In this document: positions 39,724 through 50,806 of the stretch, piece after piece | Position numbering within the stretch: the stretch's first letter is position 1 | Layout of the letters: each line of letters opens with the position of its first letter | Origin: an uncultured Alphaproteobacteria bacterium | GTDB lineage: Bacteria > Pseudomonadota > Alphaproteobacteria > RF32 > CAG-239 | Direction: 5' to 3' | Length of the DNA stretch: 64,000 bases | NCBI GenBank assembly: GCA_944393215.1 | Contig: CALXZL010000001.1 | Coordinates: 11,718-75,717, forward strand | Notes under the pieces: model-generated | What the model saw: the letters and a program-made list of their open reading frames with translations, nothing else | Database searches by the model: none | Told to the model about the DNA's origin: nothing | Translations under genes and position numbers: made by a program

Positions 39724-39977
39724 CCAAAATCATCAAACAAATTTTGATTTTGCTGGTTCGGTTTTATCAAAAATTTCTCTCTCCGTTATGCCCCGGAGTT
39801 TGTCGCTATCAACCCACCTGTTCGCAATATATGATAGAAGCGATAGAAAAACACGGAATTTTTAAGGGATTATGGCTTGGTTTTAAACGGCTGATGCGCT
39901 GTCATCCGTGGGGCGGCAGCGGCTACGATCCCGTTCCACCGGTAGATAACAAGAAAAGCCGGCATAACCAAAGATAA
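39720..39977 (+). CDS. yidD: membrane protein insertion efficiency factor YidD
   Basis: FYQKFLSPL…[19 protein letters not shown] conserved YidD motif. Confidence 0.9.
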   Translation: MTKIIKQILILLVRFYQKFLSPLCPGVCRYQPTCSQYMIEAIEKHGIFKGLWLGFKRLMRCHPWGGSGYDPVPPVDNKKSRHNQR

Positions 39978-40161
39978 ACTCTTGCTTTACGCAAACAAAT
40001 CCACTAAATTATGGGAAATTAAATAGGAATATGTAAGAAAATAAATTTACATACAAAATTGCTCGCCGCGCGTCGGTTAAACTTTCTTTAATTGACGTGC
40101 TGCGCCGGAAGTTTTTGACGACGTGTACATTTAAAGGTACACGAGGAGAAAATTTCCAAGC

Positions 40162-41868
40162 ATGACGTTAATTAAAGGAAGTTTAAAAAAAATGAAAGAT
40201 GATGTAAAAGGCCTATACCTTGCCGTGATTGCGTCCATTATCGTAATTTTCGCGACCAATATGCTATTTCCCAAAAAAGAAATAAAAAATACACCGCCGA
40301 CACCACAAATAGAAGAAATTGCCAATGCGGAAGGAAATAACCTCGACACAACCGTAATTTATGATGAAACACCGATAAGCAAAGCGGAAGCCTTGTCTCA
40401 AGACAAACGTATTCAAATCAAAACATCGGCATTACTCGGCAGCATTCGCGTTAAAGGCGGAAGATTTGATGAACTTTATCTGGATAAATACAAACAAACT
40501 TTAGCAACCGACAGTGAGGATGTTGAATTATTTACTCCGGCAAAAACCGATAATGCCTATTATGCCGATTTTGGGTGGATTTCCATGGATAAGAACATCC
40601 GCCTTCCCGACAGCAATACAATCTGGAGTGTTAAAGGAAAGGATTTAACACCTGAAACACCGATTGTTCTGGAGTGGAACAACGGACAAGGGATTCGTTT
40701 TATCAGAAAAATTTCCGTAGATAAAGATTATATGTTCACCTTGGAACAAGCCGTAGAAAACAATTCCGGCAAACAAATCAGTTTATATCCCTTCGGCTTA
40801 ATCAAACGTGCGCATGATCCGAAAACGGCAAACCGAGCCATTATCCATGAAGGAATGACCGGCGTTGTGGATTCGGCTTTAGAAGAAATTAAATATACTG
40901 ATTTGAAGGAAGGAGAAAAAGAAGAATATAAGACCGACGGCGGCTGGGCAGGCTTTTCGGATCACTATTGGTTCTCTGCTTTTATTTTGGATAAAAACAG
41001 CGAAAGCAAAGTCAAATTCAGCAACATCGGCAAAAACAGCTATCAGGTAGACTATGTCGGCGCGGAGCAAAAAATTGACAACGGTTCTGTCGGCATTGTT
41101 AATTTAAAACTGTTTGCCGGCGCTAAAGAAATCAAATTATTAGATAAATATACCAAACAATATAACATAGAAAAATTTGATTTAGCCGTTGATTTTGGTT
41201 GGTACTATTTCTTAACCAAGCCGTTCTTCTACATTTTAGATTTTCTCTATCACATAATCGGCAACATGGGCTGGGCAATTTTACTCTTTGCCGCATTGCT
41301 CCGCTTGGTAATGTATCCTATTGCAAGCAAATCTTTCGACAGCATGTCCAAAATGAAAAAATTGCAACCCAAAATCAAAGAACTGCAAGAACGCTACGGC
41401 AATGACAAAATGAAATTGCAACAAGAAACCATGTTGCTTTATCGCAAAGAAAAAATCAATCCGGCAGCCGGTTGCTTACCGATGTTGATTCAAATTCCGG
41501 TATTTTTCTCTTTGTACAAAGTTTTGAATATCTCAATAGAGATTCGCCATGCTCCGTTCATCGGCTGGATAAAAGACTTATCCGCACCGGATCCGTTGAC
41601 CATTTCTAAGATTATTCATTTCCCCGTTCCCGGCTTTTTGGATATTGGTGTTTGGCCGATTATCATGGGTATCACCATGTATATTCAGCAAAAGCTCAAT
41701 CCGGCACCTACAAATAAAGATCAGGCACGCATGTTTATGCTCCTGCCGCTCATCTTCACCTTTATGCTCGGACATTTTGCCGCCGGTTTGGTGATTTATT
41801 GGAGCTTTAGTAACATTTTATCCATCATTCAACAAAAAGCCATTATGCGCAAAAACGGAGTAGAATAA
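40162..41868 (+). CDS. yidC: membrane protein insertase YidC
   Basis: 568 aa; periplasmic domain plus 5-TM C-terminal 60-kDa inner-membrane-protein core; start may be MKDDV at 40192. Confidence 0.9.
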   Translation: MTLIKGSLKKMKDDVKGLYLAVIASIIVIFATNMLFPKKEIKNTPPTPQIEEIANAEGNNLDTTVIYDETPISKAEALSQDKRIQIKTSALLGSIRVKGGRFDELYLDKYKQTLATDSEDVELFTPAKTDNAYYADFGWISMDKNIRLPDSNTIWSVKGKDLTPETPIVLEWNNGQGIRFIRKISVDKDYMFTLEQAVENNSGKQISLYPFGLIKRAHDPKTANRAIIHEGMTGVVDSALEEIKYTDLKEGEKEEYKTDGGWAGFSDHYWFSAFILDKNSESKVKFSNIGKNSYQVDYVGAEQKIDNGSVGIVNLKLFAGAKEIKLLDKYTKQYNIEKFDLAVDFGWYYFLTKPFFYILDFLYHIIGNMGWAILLFAALLRLVMYPIASKSFDSMSKMKKLQPKIKELQERYGNDKMKLQQETMLLYRKEKINPAAGCLPMLIQIPVFFSLYKVLNISIEIRHAPFIGWIKDLSAPDPLTISKIIHFPVPGFLDIGVWPIIMGITMYIQQKLNPAPTNKDQARMFMLLPLIFTFMLGHFAAGLVIYWSFSNILSIIQQKAIMRKNGVE

Positions 41869-42512
41869 TGGAGTTTGCCACCCCCGAGTACAATCAGGAA
41901 GCTCTGAAAGAAGCAGAAAACTTCTTCAAACAGCCATGCAATTTTGTTCTCGGGGTAGCAAAATTAGAACAGCTGCCATTAACTGACATACCGGAAGTTG
42001 CCTTTGCCGGACGTTCTAATGTCGGAAAATCAAGTATAATAAATGCCTTAACGGGACAAAAAGGTCTGGCTAAAACCTCTAACACACCGGGGCGCACCCA
42101 ACAGTTAAATTATTTTAATTTGGCAAACAAGATTCACATTGTTGATCTCCCGGGCTATGGTTATGCGCAGGCGCCAGAAGGCATGGTCAAGCAATGGCAA
42201 CAACTCATTTTTTCCTATCTGCAAGGACGAGTAAACTTAAAAAGAGTTTTTGTTTTAATCGATTCGCGCCATGGTATTAAAAAAGTTGATTTAGAAATTA
42301 TGGAAATGCTGGATAAAGCCGCCGTTACCTACCAAATTGTTCTGACCAAAACCGATAAAATCAGCACCAAAGCCCTAGAAAAAGTTTTGGCAGAAACCCA
42401 AAAGACAATCAAAGATCATGCCGCCGCGTATGTCACAGTTTTAGCCACCAGCTCGGAAAAGAAAACCGGCTTAAATGAACTTCGTTATGAAATAAAATCT
42501 TTGTCCATGTAA
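41868..42512 (+). CDS. engB: ribosome biogenesis GTP-binding protein YihA/EngB
   Basis: G1 [10 protein letters not shown]3 DLPGYG, G4 TKTD. Confidence 0.85.
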   Translation: MEFATPEYNQEALKEAENFFKQPCNFVLGVAKLEQLPLTDIPEVAFAGRSNVGKSSIINALTGQKGLAKTSNTPGRTQQLNYFNLANKIHIVDLPGYGYAQAPEGMVKQWQQLIFSYLQGRVNLKRVFVLIDSRHGIKKVDLEIMEMLDKAAVTYQIVLTKTDKISTKALEKVLAETQKTIKDHAAAYVTVLATSSEKKTGLNELRYEIKSLSM

Positions 42513-42600
42513 CCAAAACTTCACATTTAAATGCTTGCCATATAAAAAATTAAGAAATAATATTTTGCATACAAGAAATATTATTAATCTTTAAATATAT

Positions 42601-42786
42601 GTGATCATGAAAAAATTAGTATCAATTCTTTTGTGCTTAGGCATTTTAGCCGGCGGAGCAAGCGTTGTTTACGGTTTGATTAACGAAATGTCAAGACCGT
42701 ATGTAATTACATTTATAATTATAAGCTGGGCTCTAACCTTATGGGGAATCAAACAGGCTCCGATAGAAAAGACACCTACCCCGTAA
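42601..42786 (+). CDS. small membrane protein
   Basis: 61 aa with two hydrophobic helices. Confidence 0.35.
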   Translation: MIMKKLVSILLCLGILAGGASVVYGLINEMSRPYVITFIIISWALTLWGIKQAPIEKTPTP

Positions 42787-42792
42787 TCAAGC

Positions 42793-42838
42793 AAAAATCC
42801 GTACCGAAAAGATAAAAAACTTTTCCGTACGGATTTTT
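42793..42838. terminator. bidirectional rho-independent terminator
   Basis: AAAAATCCGTACcGAAAAGataaaaaaCTTTTCcGTACGGATTTTTTT. Confidence 0.7.
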
Positions 42839-42844
42839 TTCTAT

Positions 42845-43543
42845 TTAAGCAAATTTTTTAAAGAAATCTTTTCGGGCTCGACGTCCCATACTCCAAAGAT
42901 TACCGATACCGTTAATCGGCTGAACTTTATACAAAGATTTAAAATCAAAATTTCTGGAAAAGAAAATAGAAGTTGTTTTGGTATAATTATTCATTGGGCA
43001 AAAACCGTAAAAATCCACTTGCAAAAGATTAGCTTGTTTTAAAATTTCCACCGCATGCACATATTCCAAACTGGTATTAATGCGGTCACTGTCATCCAGA
43101 ATAATCATACCGCCTTCGGCTAATTTTTGCACTGCGGCTTCGGCACATTTTTCACGGCACTTGCCGTCAATCACAATCACATCATACTTGGTTTCATCTT
43201 CAAAAATGGCATTTTCATAAATTTCGCCTTCATCACGCCAGCGAATATCCAAATTTTGCATTTTAAACTCATCACACCAGCGCTTAAAATATTCTTGATT
43301 ATCTTCAACGGAGACAACTTTTTCGGCACGTTCTGCCCAAAAAGCCGAAGAATAGCCACAGCCGAATTCAAAAACTTTTTTATGCTGATAATCAAATTGC
43401 ACCAAATATTCAATAGCAGGATAAGTATACCACGGCAACGGATTTCCGTCTTTATCGGCGCAAACTTTTTCATCTATACTTTTTTCTTGAGCATATTCAT
43501 GAGCCCAAACATCGATAAATTTTTGAAATTTTTCACTATACAT
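42845..43543 (-). CDS. class I SAM-dependent methyltransferase
   Basis: VFEFGCGYSSAFWA glycine-rich SAM motif I, 232 aa. Confidence 0.6.
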   Translation of the reverse strand: MYSEKFQKFIDVWAHEYAQEKSIDEKVCADKDGNPLPWYTYPAIEYLVQFDYQHKKVFEFGCGYSSAFWAERAEKVVSVEDNQEYFKRWCDEFKMQNLDIRWRDEGEIYENAIFEDETKYDVIVIDGKCREKCAEAAVQKLAEGGMIILDDSDRINTSLEYVHAVEILKQANLLQVDFYGFCPMNNYTKTTSIFFSRNFDFKSLYKVQPINGIGNLWSMGRRARKDFFKKFA

Positions 43544-43626
43544 TTTTTATCCCATTGAAAATCACATATTTATACATATATCAAAAATGTTACAAACAAC
43601 AAACCTTTTTTTACAAGGAAAAAAAC

Positions 43627-43812
43627 ATGAAAATAATCAGAAAAATTGCTTATATTTTAACCCTAATCGGAGCTTTAAACTGGGGCTTGGTCGGTGTTGC
43701 TGGATTTGACCTTGTTGCTGCAATTTTCGGTATTGGTCTGATCGCCAATATTATTTATACTCTGGTTGGTATTTCCGCTCTATGGCTGATTTTTGCGCCT
43801 AAGGGAGAGTAA
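43627..43812 (+). CDS. DUF378-family small membrane protein
   Basis: MKIIRKIAYILTLIGALNWGLVGVAGFDLVAAIFG matches the DUF378 pattern; the ORF-track N-extension from 43555 is rejected. Confidence 0.6.
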   Translation: MKIIRKIAYILTLIGALNWGLVGVAGFDLVAAIFGIGLIANIIYTLVGISALWLIFAPKGE

Positions 43813-43834
43813 TCTTAGTCAAGATTTATAAAAT

Positions 43835-43857
43835 AAAAAGGGCTTATGCCCTTTTTA
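43835..43857. terminator. bidirectional rho-independent terminator
   Basis: AAAAAGGGCTTATGCCCTTTTT. Confidence 0.7.
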
Positions 43858-43859
43858 TT

Positions 43860-44894
43860 TTAAGCAATTTTAGCCAATTTGGCGGCAGCGGAAGCAATTT
43901 GCATAATGGTATAAGAAACAATTTCTTCCACCGGCATATTTGTAGTTTTACAATCCTTTTCTGCCTTAAACAACAACTCCAAAACCGAGAGAATACGTTC
44001 ACGTGTCCAAATGGAAACTTGACGTTTAAAACTTGATTCACGAAAGAAAATAATCTTTGGCACCAGCTTAAAAACAGCTTTATCAAGCGTATCACCTTTT
44101 TCCACAAAAGACTTAACGGTCAATATTTTATTAAAATGATAAGACAAAGCACGCAAAACGGAAATGGGTTCATTTCCCTCATTAATCAACTTTTGAAAAG
44201 CCTTCAAAGCTCTATCGGTTTGTCCGTTTGCAGCAAAATAACAAACATCATCGCCGCTGGTCCCGGATTGATCACTGATACAAATTTGAATATCGTCCGT
44301 TGTCACATTTTTTTTATCACCCATATAAGTAATAAGCTTTTCAATCTCGCCCAAATTTGTTTTTCTGTCGGGAGAAAGGCGGGAGCAAAGCAGTTGAAGG
44401 GCTTCATTATTAATGGTCAACCCGTTTTCAATAAATAAAGTACGTGCCGTAGAAAAAATATCCTCATCCCGATCTTCATAACAAGCAATCAAAGCCATAT
44501 CGTCACGTTCTTCAGCCAAAGACACCAAAGAAGATTTTTTGTTCAAAGATGTTGAGGGAAAGACCAATAAAGTATCGGAAGGTGTTCCGTCAAACATAGT
44601 TTTAAGATGCTTAGTTAAATTATTATCGGCATCTTTAACCACAATCACACGTCTACCCCCCATTAGAGACTGACTGGTATATTCGGCAAACAAAGTTCCG
44701 ATATCAGCCAAAACATCGGCACAATTAAAATAAACAACCGAAAACGGATCATACAAATCTTTGGAAACGGTTTGAACCAATTTTTTAACATATTCGTTAA
44801 TCAAACCGTCATTAGAACCGTAGATGACAAAAGCTTTAACTGAAAGATCAGGCTTTTTTAAATATTTATCGATTTGTGCCTGTTTATAAATCAC
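43860..44894 (-). CDS. holA: DNA polymerase III subunit delta
   Basis: 344 aa, delta N-terminal pattern (…AFVIYGSNDGLI…), conserved leuS-lptE-holA synteny. Confidence 0.65.
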   Translation of the reverse strand: MIYKQAQIDKYLKKPDLSVKAFVIYGSNDGLINEYVKKLVQTVSKDLYDPFSVVYFNCADVLADIGTLFAEYTSQSLMGGRRVIVVKDADNNLTKHLKTMFDGTPSDTLLVFPSTSLNKKSSLVSLAEERDDMALIACYEDRDEDIFSTARTLFIENGLTINNEALQLLCSRLSPDRKTNLGEIEKLITYMGDKKNVTTDDIQICISDQSGTSGDDVCYFAANGQTDRALKAFQKLINEGNEPISVLRALSYHFNKILTVKSFVEKGDTLDKAVFKLVPKIIFFRESSFKRQVSIWTRERILSVLELLFKAEKDCKTTNMPVEEIVSYTIMQIASAAAKLAKIA

Positions 44895-45436
44895 TGAACA
44901 TTTCCTTTAGAAAAACGAGCATGGAAATAAGCCCCGATACGTAAAGCTATATCATTGGCAATAATTTTAGCGGCATCGGTTTGTGTTTTTTTCTTAGCAA
45001 AAGTGGTAGAATAAGGATTAGCCAAAATATCATAACTGACATAAGCAATACTGTCTCCGGAGACCAAAACTTCAGAAGATTCGGCACTAAGCAGACGATA
45101 ATTAACTTTATATCTGACACGTTCACGCGTCGCGGTAATATCATCACGCATGGCTTGTTGAGTAATTTCAATCGGTTCAACATCAACCACCAAGCGATAA
45201 GTTGGTCTTGCAGGAACACCGAGCGGCGTAATCATATCCAGCAAATCATTTCTAAGCTCTTGTCCGAAACGATCGGCAATGGTTTGTACCTTAATTTTAG
45301 CCATCTCTGTAGAAATGGAAGTATCAAATTCGCCACCGAAATACCACAAACTTTCTTGTTTTTTTTGCACATAAAGAGGCTCAAACCCACAAGCTGTCAG
45401 CGAAAACAAAAGCAATAAAGCCGAAAAAATTTTCAT
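44891..45436 (-). CDS. lptE: LPS-assembly lipoprotein LptE
   Basis: Lipobox LTAC|G, ~180 aa, position between leuS and holA. Confidence 0.6.
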   Translation of the reverse strand: MKIFSALLLLFSLTACGFEPLYVQKKQESLWYFGGEFDTSISTEMAKIKVQTIADRFGQELRNDLLDMITPLGVPARPTYRLVVDVEPIEITQQAMRDDITATRERVRYKVNYRLLSAESSEVLVSGDSIAYVSYDILANPYSTTFAKKKTQTDAAKIIANDIALRIGAYFHARFSKGNVQ

Positions 45437-45587
45437 AGAATAAAACCCTCAAAATAAAACTTAAAGCAACTTTAGCATAAATACACGTAAAGGCAATGTT
45501 TTTTTCTTGCCAAAACACAATTTTTTGTCTATATTTGAAAGGTAAAAAAATTATATTGAATATATTAACTTAAAATAACATATCATT

Positions 45588-46394
45588 ATGAAAACAAAAA
45601 AAGACATTCTAGACATGCTACAAGCAAAGGGCTTAACTGCCGTTAGTATGGAACCGCTTCAGCAAGGAACATGGGTATTTAGAACCGAAAATCCACCGCT
45701 TCCGGATCAGAACATTGATACGCGTACGGAAATAGGTGACAAACTTGAATTGCTGGCAGTATGGTACAAAAATTGGTTGACGGCTTATACCGAAATTCCG
45801 CAAGATTGCCTGTCAAAGTTTAGAGATGTGCTGGACAACGTTTGTCCGGATGAAAAAATCAATTTCAAATTGCCGATTATGGTTCGCACGCAAGAGAATT
45901 TGTCCGCCAAACAAATTCTGGTCAGAGTAAGATTCGACAGACCGGCACAAAAAAGGATTCTTAATAAAATCTGCTGGTTATTGCAAATGAAGCATAATAT
46001 TTATTGCAGCAACATCTCTAAAAATGAATTCATCATTGATTATGATGTTCCGGTGAACAAAGCAAAAATCAGAAAGCTTTGGGAGCAGGAAAAAAAGAAA
46101 CGACAATATGCACGCATATGCGGCAGACTTTCCAAAAAATATGAAATCCCGTTTTGCAATGTCATTACTCTGGGCACAGATGAGACTTTGCTTGAAAAAC
46201 ATAAGGTAAGCATGAGACGCGCCGCCGGTTTAATTGCAGCACAAGAAAAAAGCGAAAAGACTTTGCTCTATTTTCAAATTTTCAGAGGAAACAAAGAAAA
46301 CAAAGAAAAAGCCATTAAAAGTCTTGGAATAGAAATCGGAGATGCCGATATCATGAAAATAGATTTTTTTGAGCTTGAATCTGCGTTCGACTAA
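45588..46394 (+). CDS. hypothetical protein
   Basis: 268-aa ORF; no family recognised. Confidence 0.35.
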   Translation: MKTKKDILDMLQAKGLTAVSMEPLQQGTWVFRTENPPLPDQNIDTRTEIGDKLELLAVWYKNWLTAYTEIPQDCLSKFRDVLDNVCPDEKINFKLPIMVRTQENLSAKQILVRVRFDRPAQKRILNKICWLLQMKHNIYCSNISKNEFIIDYDVPVNKAKIRKLWEQEKKKRQYARICGRLSKKYEIPFCNVITLGTDETLLEKHKVSMRRAAGLIAAQEKSEKTLLYFQIFRGNKENKEKAIKSLGIEIGDADIMKIDFFELESAFD

Positions 46395-46404
46395 GCTTTC
46401 ATAC

Positions 46405-46447
46405 ACAAAAAAACACGCTGAATATAAAAATTCAGCGTGTTTTTTTA
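46405..46447. terminator. bidirectional rho-independent terminator
   Basis: AAAAAAACACGCTGAATataaaaATTCAGCGTGTTTTTTT, perfect 11-bp stem. Confidence 0.8.
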
Positions 46448-46455
46448 ATTTTGCT

Positions 46456-48933
46456 TTAAGCAACAATATTGCAGATTTTGTTCGGCACAACAATAATCTT
46501 CTTAATTTCTTTGCCTTCGAGTTGACGTTTCACATTTTCAACCGACAAAGCTGCTGCCTCAACATCAGTACGCGATGCATCTTTCGGCATGGTGATTGTG
46601 CCGCGAACCTTACCGCAAATTTGCACGGCAATGGTCACTTCATTATCTTGCGCGAGTTTTGCATCACCTTTGGGCCAAGATTCGGCAACGATTAGAGTTG
46701 TCTTACCCATACGCGCCCACATTTCTTCCGATAAGTGCGGTGTAAACGGAGAAAGCAGTTTGAGCAAAGTCAAATACATTTCCTCAGGAATTTTCTCCAT
46801 CGAGCTCATATAATTGACATATTCCATCAAAGAAGAAACGGCAGTATTGAATTTCATTTGGTCAATACGTTCGGTAACTTCCAAAATGCACTTATGCATA
46901 GCGCGCAAATCTTTTTCATTTGGCTGAATGTTAGCCACTTTCTTGAACAAACCATAAACTTTGTTCACAAAACGATAAACACCCGTCAAGCTTTCTTCCG
47001 ACCACATAGCCACTTGGTCAAAAGGTCCGATGAACATTTCATACAAACGGAAGGTATCGGCACCATAAGCATCGACAATATCATCCGGATTAATGACGTT
47101 GCCGCGGGATTTAGACATTTTCTCGCCGTTTTCAGCCAAAATCATACCATGAGAGGTACGTTTGTTATAAGGTTCATTGGTTGGAACCAAACCGCAATCA
47201 TAGAGGAACTTGTGCCAGAAACGAGAATAAAGTAAGTGCAAAGTGGTGTGTTCCATACCACCGTTGTACCAATCCACGTTCATCCAATAGTCAAGAGCCT
47301 CTTTAGATGCAAATTCTTTTGTATTATGCGGATCGCAATAACGCAAAAAATACCAAGAAGAGCCTGCCCAATTCGGCATGGTATCGGTTTCTCTGCGGGC
47401 AGGTCCGCCACATTTCGGACATTTTGTATTGAGCCAAGCACCGGCTTTAGAAAGCGGAGATTCACCTTCATCATTAGGATGAAAATCCGGAACTTCGGGC
47501 AGAGTGAGCGGCAGTTCGGATTCGGGAATTGGCTGCCAGCCACATTTTTCACAATACACCATCGGAATAGGTTCACCCCAATAGCGTTGACGAGAGAATA
47601 CCCAGTCACGTAGTTTGAAGTTAACTTTTGCCTGTCCGAAACCGTTTTTAACCGCATAATCGGTCGCAGCCTTCATAGCATCGGTTTTATTCATACCGTC
47701 TAAGAAACCGGAGTTAATATGTGGACCGTCTTCTTCAAAAGCCTTTTCGGAAATATCGCCACCGTCCAAGACTTGAATAATCGGCAAATTAAAAGCTTTG
47801 GCAAAGTCATAGTCACGTTGGTCATGCGCCGGAACCGCCATAATGGCGCCGGTACCATAGCCGGTTAAGACATAATCGGAAATAAAGACCGGGATCAAAT
47901 CACCGGTATAAGGATTTTTAGCCTTAATACCTTTGAGTTCCACACCGGTTTTGCTGTCGGTCATTGTGCGTTGTAAGTCAGACTTTTTCGCAGTTTCATC
48001 AACATAAGCTTGAACTTCGGCGGCATTTTCAAACTTATCCATAAGTTCGGCAACAAATTGATGTTCGGGAGCCATAACCATATAGGTCACACCAAAAGCC
48101 GTATCCGGACGCGTGGTGAATACGGTTAATTTACGATCTAAAGATTCGCCGTTGTTATCGGTTAAGCCAAAATCAAGCTCGGCACCTTCGGAACGACCGA
48201 TCCAGTTAATTTGTTGTGATTTAACACGGTCAATAAAGTCCACATCCTTCAAATCATTAATCAATCTGTCGGCATATTTGGTAATGGCAATCATCCATTG
48301 TTCTTTGTTTTTACGAACAACTTGTGCGCCGCAGCGTTCGCAACAACCGTTAACCACTTCTTCGTTAGCCAAACCCACCTTACAGCTCGGACACCAGTTA
48401 ATGGCAATTTTATCTTTATATGCCAAACCTTTTTCAAAGAATTTGATGAACATCCATTGTGTCCATTTATAATATTCGGGATCACAAGTGGAAATGCATC
48501 TATCCCAATCAAAACTAAAGCCCAAAGACTTCAACTGACGGGTAAAGTTTTCAATATTGGCTTTGGTTGAAACAGCAGGATGCACCCCGGTTTTAATGGC
48601 ATAGTTTTCAGCAGGCAAACCGAAAGCATCAAACCCCATCGGATACAAAACATTAAAGCCCTGCATACGTTTTTTACGAGAAATCACATCCAATGCGGTA
48701 TAAGAACGCGGGTGTCCGACGTGCAACCCGGCACCGGACGGATAAGGAAATTCCACCAGCGCATAAAATTTTTCTTTATTTTTATCAATTTCCACTTTAT
48801 AGGCTTTTTCTTTTTCCCAAATGGATTGCCATTTTTTTTCAATCGCTTTGAAATTATAACGGTCTTCCAGTTTCCATTCTTTAGACCAGTCATCAAAGCT
48901 TTTACCGTTAAATCTGTCACAATTTTCACACAT
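46456..48933 (-). CDS. leuS: leucine--tRNA ligase
   Basis: 825 aa; PYPSGAGLHVGH (HIGH) and KMSKS motifs; start codon not firmly placed (the ~20-aa N-extension is Cys-rich). Confidence 0.95.
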   Translation of the reverse strand: MCENCDRFNGKSFDDWSKEWKLEDRYNFKAIEKKWQSIWEKEKAYKVEIDKNKEKFYALVEFPYPSGAGLHVGHPRSYTALDVISRKKRMQGFNVLYPMGFDAFGLPAENYAIKTGVHPAVSTKANIENFTRQLKSLGFSFDWDRCISTCDPEYYKWTQWMFIKFFEKGLAYKDKIAINWCPSCKVGLANEEVVNGCCERCGAQVVRKNKEQWMIAITKYADRLINDLKDVDFIDRVKSQQINWIGRSEGAELDFGLTDNNGESLDRKLTVFTTRPDTAFGVTYMVMAPEHQFVAELMDKFENAAEVQAYVDETAKKSDLQRTMTDSKTGVELKGIKAKNPYTGDLIPVFISDYVLTGYGTGAIMAVPAHDQRDYDFAKAFNLPIIQVLDGGDISEKAFEEDGPHINSGFLDGMNKTDAMKAATDYAVKNGFGQAKVNFKLRDWVFSRQRYWGEPIPMVYCEKCGWQPIPESELPLTLPEVPDFHPNDEGESPLSKAGAWLNTKCPKCGGPARRETDTMPNWAGSSWYFLRYCDPHNTKEFASKEALDYWMNVDWYNGGMEHTTLHLLYSRFWHKFLYDCGLVPTNEPYNKRTSHGMILAENGEKMSKSRGNVINPDDIVDAYGADTFRLYEMFIGPFDQVAMWSEESLTGVYRFVNKVYGLFKKVANIQPNEKDLRAMHKCILEVTERIDQMKFNTAVSSLMEYVNYMSSMEKIPEEMYLTLLKLLSPFTPHLSEEMWARMGKTTLIVAESWPKGDAKLAQDNEVTIAVQICGKVRGTITMPKDASRTDVEAAALSVENVKRQLEGKEIKKIIVVPNKICNIVA

Positions 48934-48956
48934 ATTTATTTTACCTTGTCTTAAAT

Positions 48957-49406
48957 TTATTGATTAAAACTTTTCTGATATAAAACTCGGGCTCTTTTCA
49001 AAATAGAGAGTTCAATAATTTGTTCTGTCTGCACGGACATTTCGCTGACCTGCCACTTTCCGTTAACTTTTTTACGAGACTGTCCTTTGACCTGAACCCC
49101 GTCCGTACGCAATTCTTTAGAAAGGATACGAACTTCGAGTTTGAATTGCTCCTTAGCATTAGAAGATTCCCGATACCAATCGGTAATAATGATACCTTTG
49201 GCAAAATTTTTTTCACTAATGGGCATAAAGCCCAATTTATCAAGCGAGGCTTGCCACAAGAACAAGTTTACATTTGCTTCTTGAACTTTTGCTTCCAATT
49301 CATCCTCTGCCCACGGATTCCATTTTTGAACATAGGAACAACCGTTAAGCAACAACATTGAAATTATCACCAAAGGAAAAAACTTTTTCATCACCAAAAA
49401 CCTCAT
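48957..49406 (-). CDS. lipoprotein
   Basis: Lipobox LLLNGC|S, 149 aa. Confidence 0.5.
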   Translation of the reverse strand: MRFLVMKKFFPLVIISMLLLNGCSYVQKWNPWAEDELEAKVQEANVNLFLWQASLDKLGFMPISEKNFAKGIIITDWYRESSNAKEQFKLEVRILSKELRTDGVQVKGQSRKKVNGKWQVSEMSVQTEQIIELSILKRARVLYQKSFNQ

Positions 49407-49519
49407 TTTTTTACAAAATTAATTAAACGTATAATAATTTTGTTGAAAACACAATAGACTTAATGCAAAACTTCCACTAGAATAACACAAAAAATTGATT
49501 AAAATATTTGGAAGCAAAA

Positions 49520-50806
49520 ATGGTTGATATACGCCGTGCAGCGGTAGAAATGTTAAAAGACGTACTGGAAAACAAAAACTTTTTCAGTGATGTAAAAATA
49601 AGGCAAAATCAGTACAACGCTCAAGATTCTGCCTTTATTAACATGTTGATATTAACAACATTTCGTCATCTGGTTTTCATCAAAAAAACATTAAAAAAAT
49701 TTGTAAAAAAGAAATTTCCGGCAACGGCAGTTAACGGACAATATGCCCTTTTCTTAGGAGTATGCGAAGTTTTATATTTAGACACCCCTGATTATGCCGT
49801 CATCAATTCTTATGTTGAAATCACCAAACAAATGGCAGATAAGTATGTTGCCGGATTCGTAAATGCCGTATTAAGAAACATATGCAAGCAAAAAGAAGAA
49901 TTAAAAAAAGAAGACAGCGGAGAATTTTTTCCTCCTGAATTTTTTCACATTCTAAATCAAGATTATGGCAAAAAAACGATTCAGAAAATTCAAAAATCCG
50001 CCATGCAAGAACCCAAGCTTGATATTTCGGTCAAAAAAGATGCCAAACATTGGGCAGAAATTTTACAAGGGCAACTTTTACCCTCAGGGACGATTCGTTT
50101 AAACAACAATGGCAAAATTTCCGACTTAGCAGGCTATCAAAACGGAGAGTGGTGGGTACAAGATTTTGCGGCAGCTTTAGCCGTTAAAGCTCTTCCTGAC
50201 ATCAAAAATAAAAAAGTTTTGGATATGTGTGCCGCCCCGGGCGGAAAAACGGCACAACTTCTTAATAAAGAAGCAACAGTAACGGCACTGGACATTTCCG
50301 AAACACGTTTAGCAAAATTAAAAGAAAATATGGATCGTTTGCATTTCAAAGCCCAGATTATCTGTGCCGATGCTTTGGAATACATCAAAAATTTTCATGA
50401 AGAAGGTTATGACGCCGTTTTGCTGGATGCCCCCTGCTCTGCCACCGGCACGATTCGCCGTCATCCGGAACTGGTACATATTAAACGGCTGAAAGATGTA
50501 GATAAACAGGTTGAACTCCAACAACAAATTTTATCTCAAACCCCAAAACTAATAAAAAAAGGCGGCATATTTATTTACTGCACTTGCTCCATTGCCCACG
50601 CCGAAGGAGAAAAACAGATAAGAGCTTTTTTAGAAAAGAACACAAATTTTAAAATCATTCCGATTACCTCGGAAGAACTTTGCGACAACGCCGAACTTTC
50701 AGAAATCATAACCCCGGAAGGCTTCATCCGCACCTTACCTTATCATCTGCAAAATTACGGTGGTACCGATTCGTTTTTTGTTGCTCGACTACAAAAGGAG
50801 TCCTAA
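49520..50806 (+). CDS. rsmB: 16S rRNA (cytosine967-C5)-methyltransferase RsmB/Sun family
   Basis: NusB-like N-terminal domain, SAM motif DMCAAPGGKT, catalytic …LLDAPCSATG…, TCS; GGAAG RBS favours the start at 49520. Confidence 0.8.
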   Translation: MVDIRRAAVEMLKDVLENKNFFSDVKIRQNQYNAQDSAFINMLILTTFRHLVFIKKTLKKFVKKKFPATAVNGQYALFLGVCEVLYLDTPDYAVINSYVEITKQMADKYVAGFVNAVLRNICKQKEELKKEDSGEFFPPEFFHILNQDYGKKTIQKIQKSAMQEPKLDISVKKDAKHWAEILQGQLLPSGTIRLNNNGKISDLAGYQNGEWWVQDFAAALAVKALPDIKNKKVLDMCAAPGGKTAQLLNKEATVTALDISETRLAKLKENMDRLHFKAQIICADALEYIKNFHEEGYDAVLLDAPCSATGTIRRHPELVHIKRLKDVDKQVELQQQILSQTPKLIKKGGIFIYCTCSIAHAEGEKQIRAFLEKNTNFKIIPITSEELCDNAELSEIITPEGFIRTLPYHLQNYGGTDSFFVARLQKES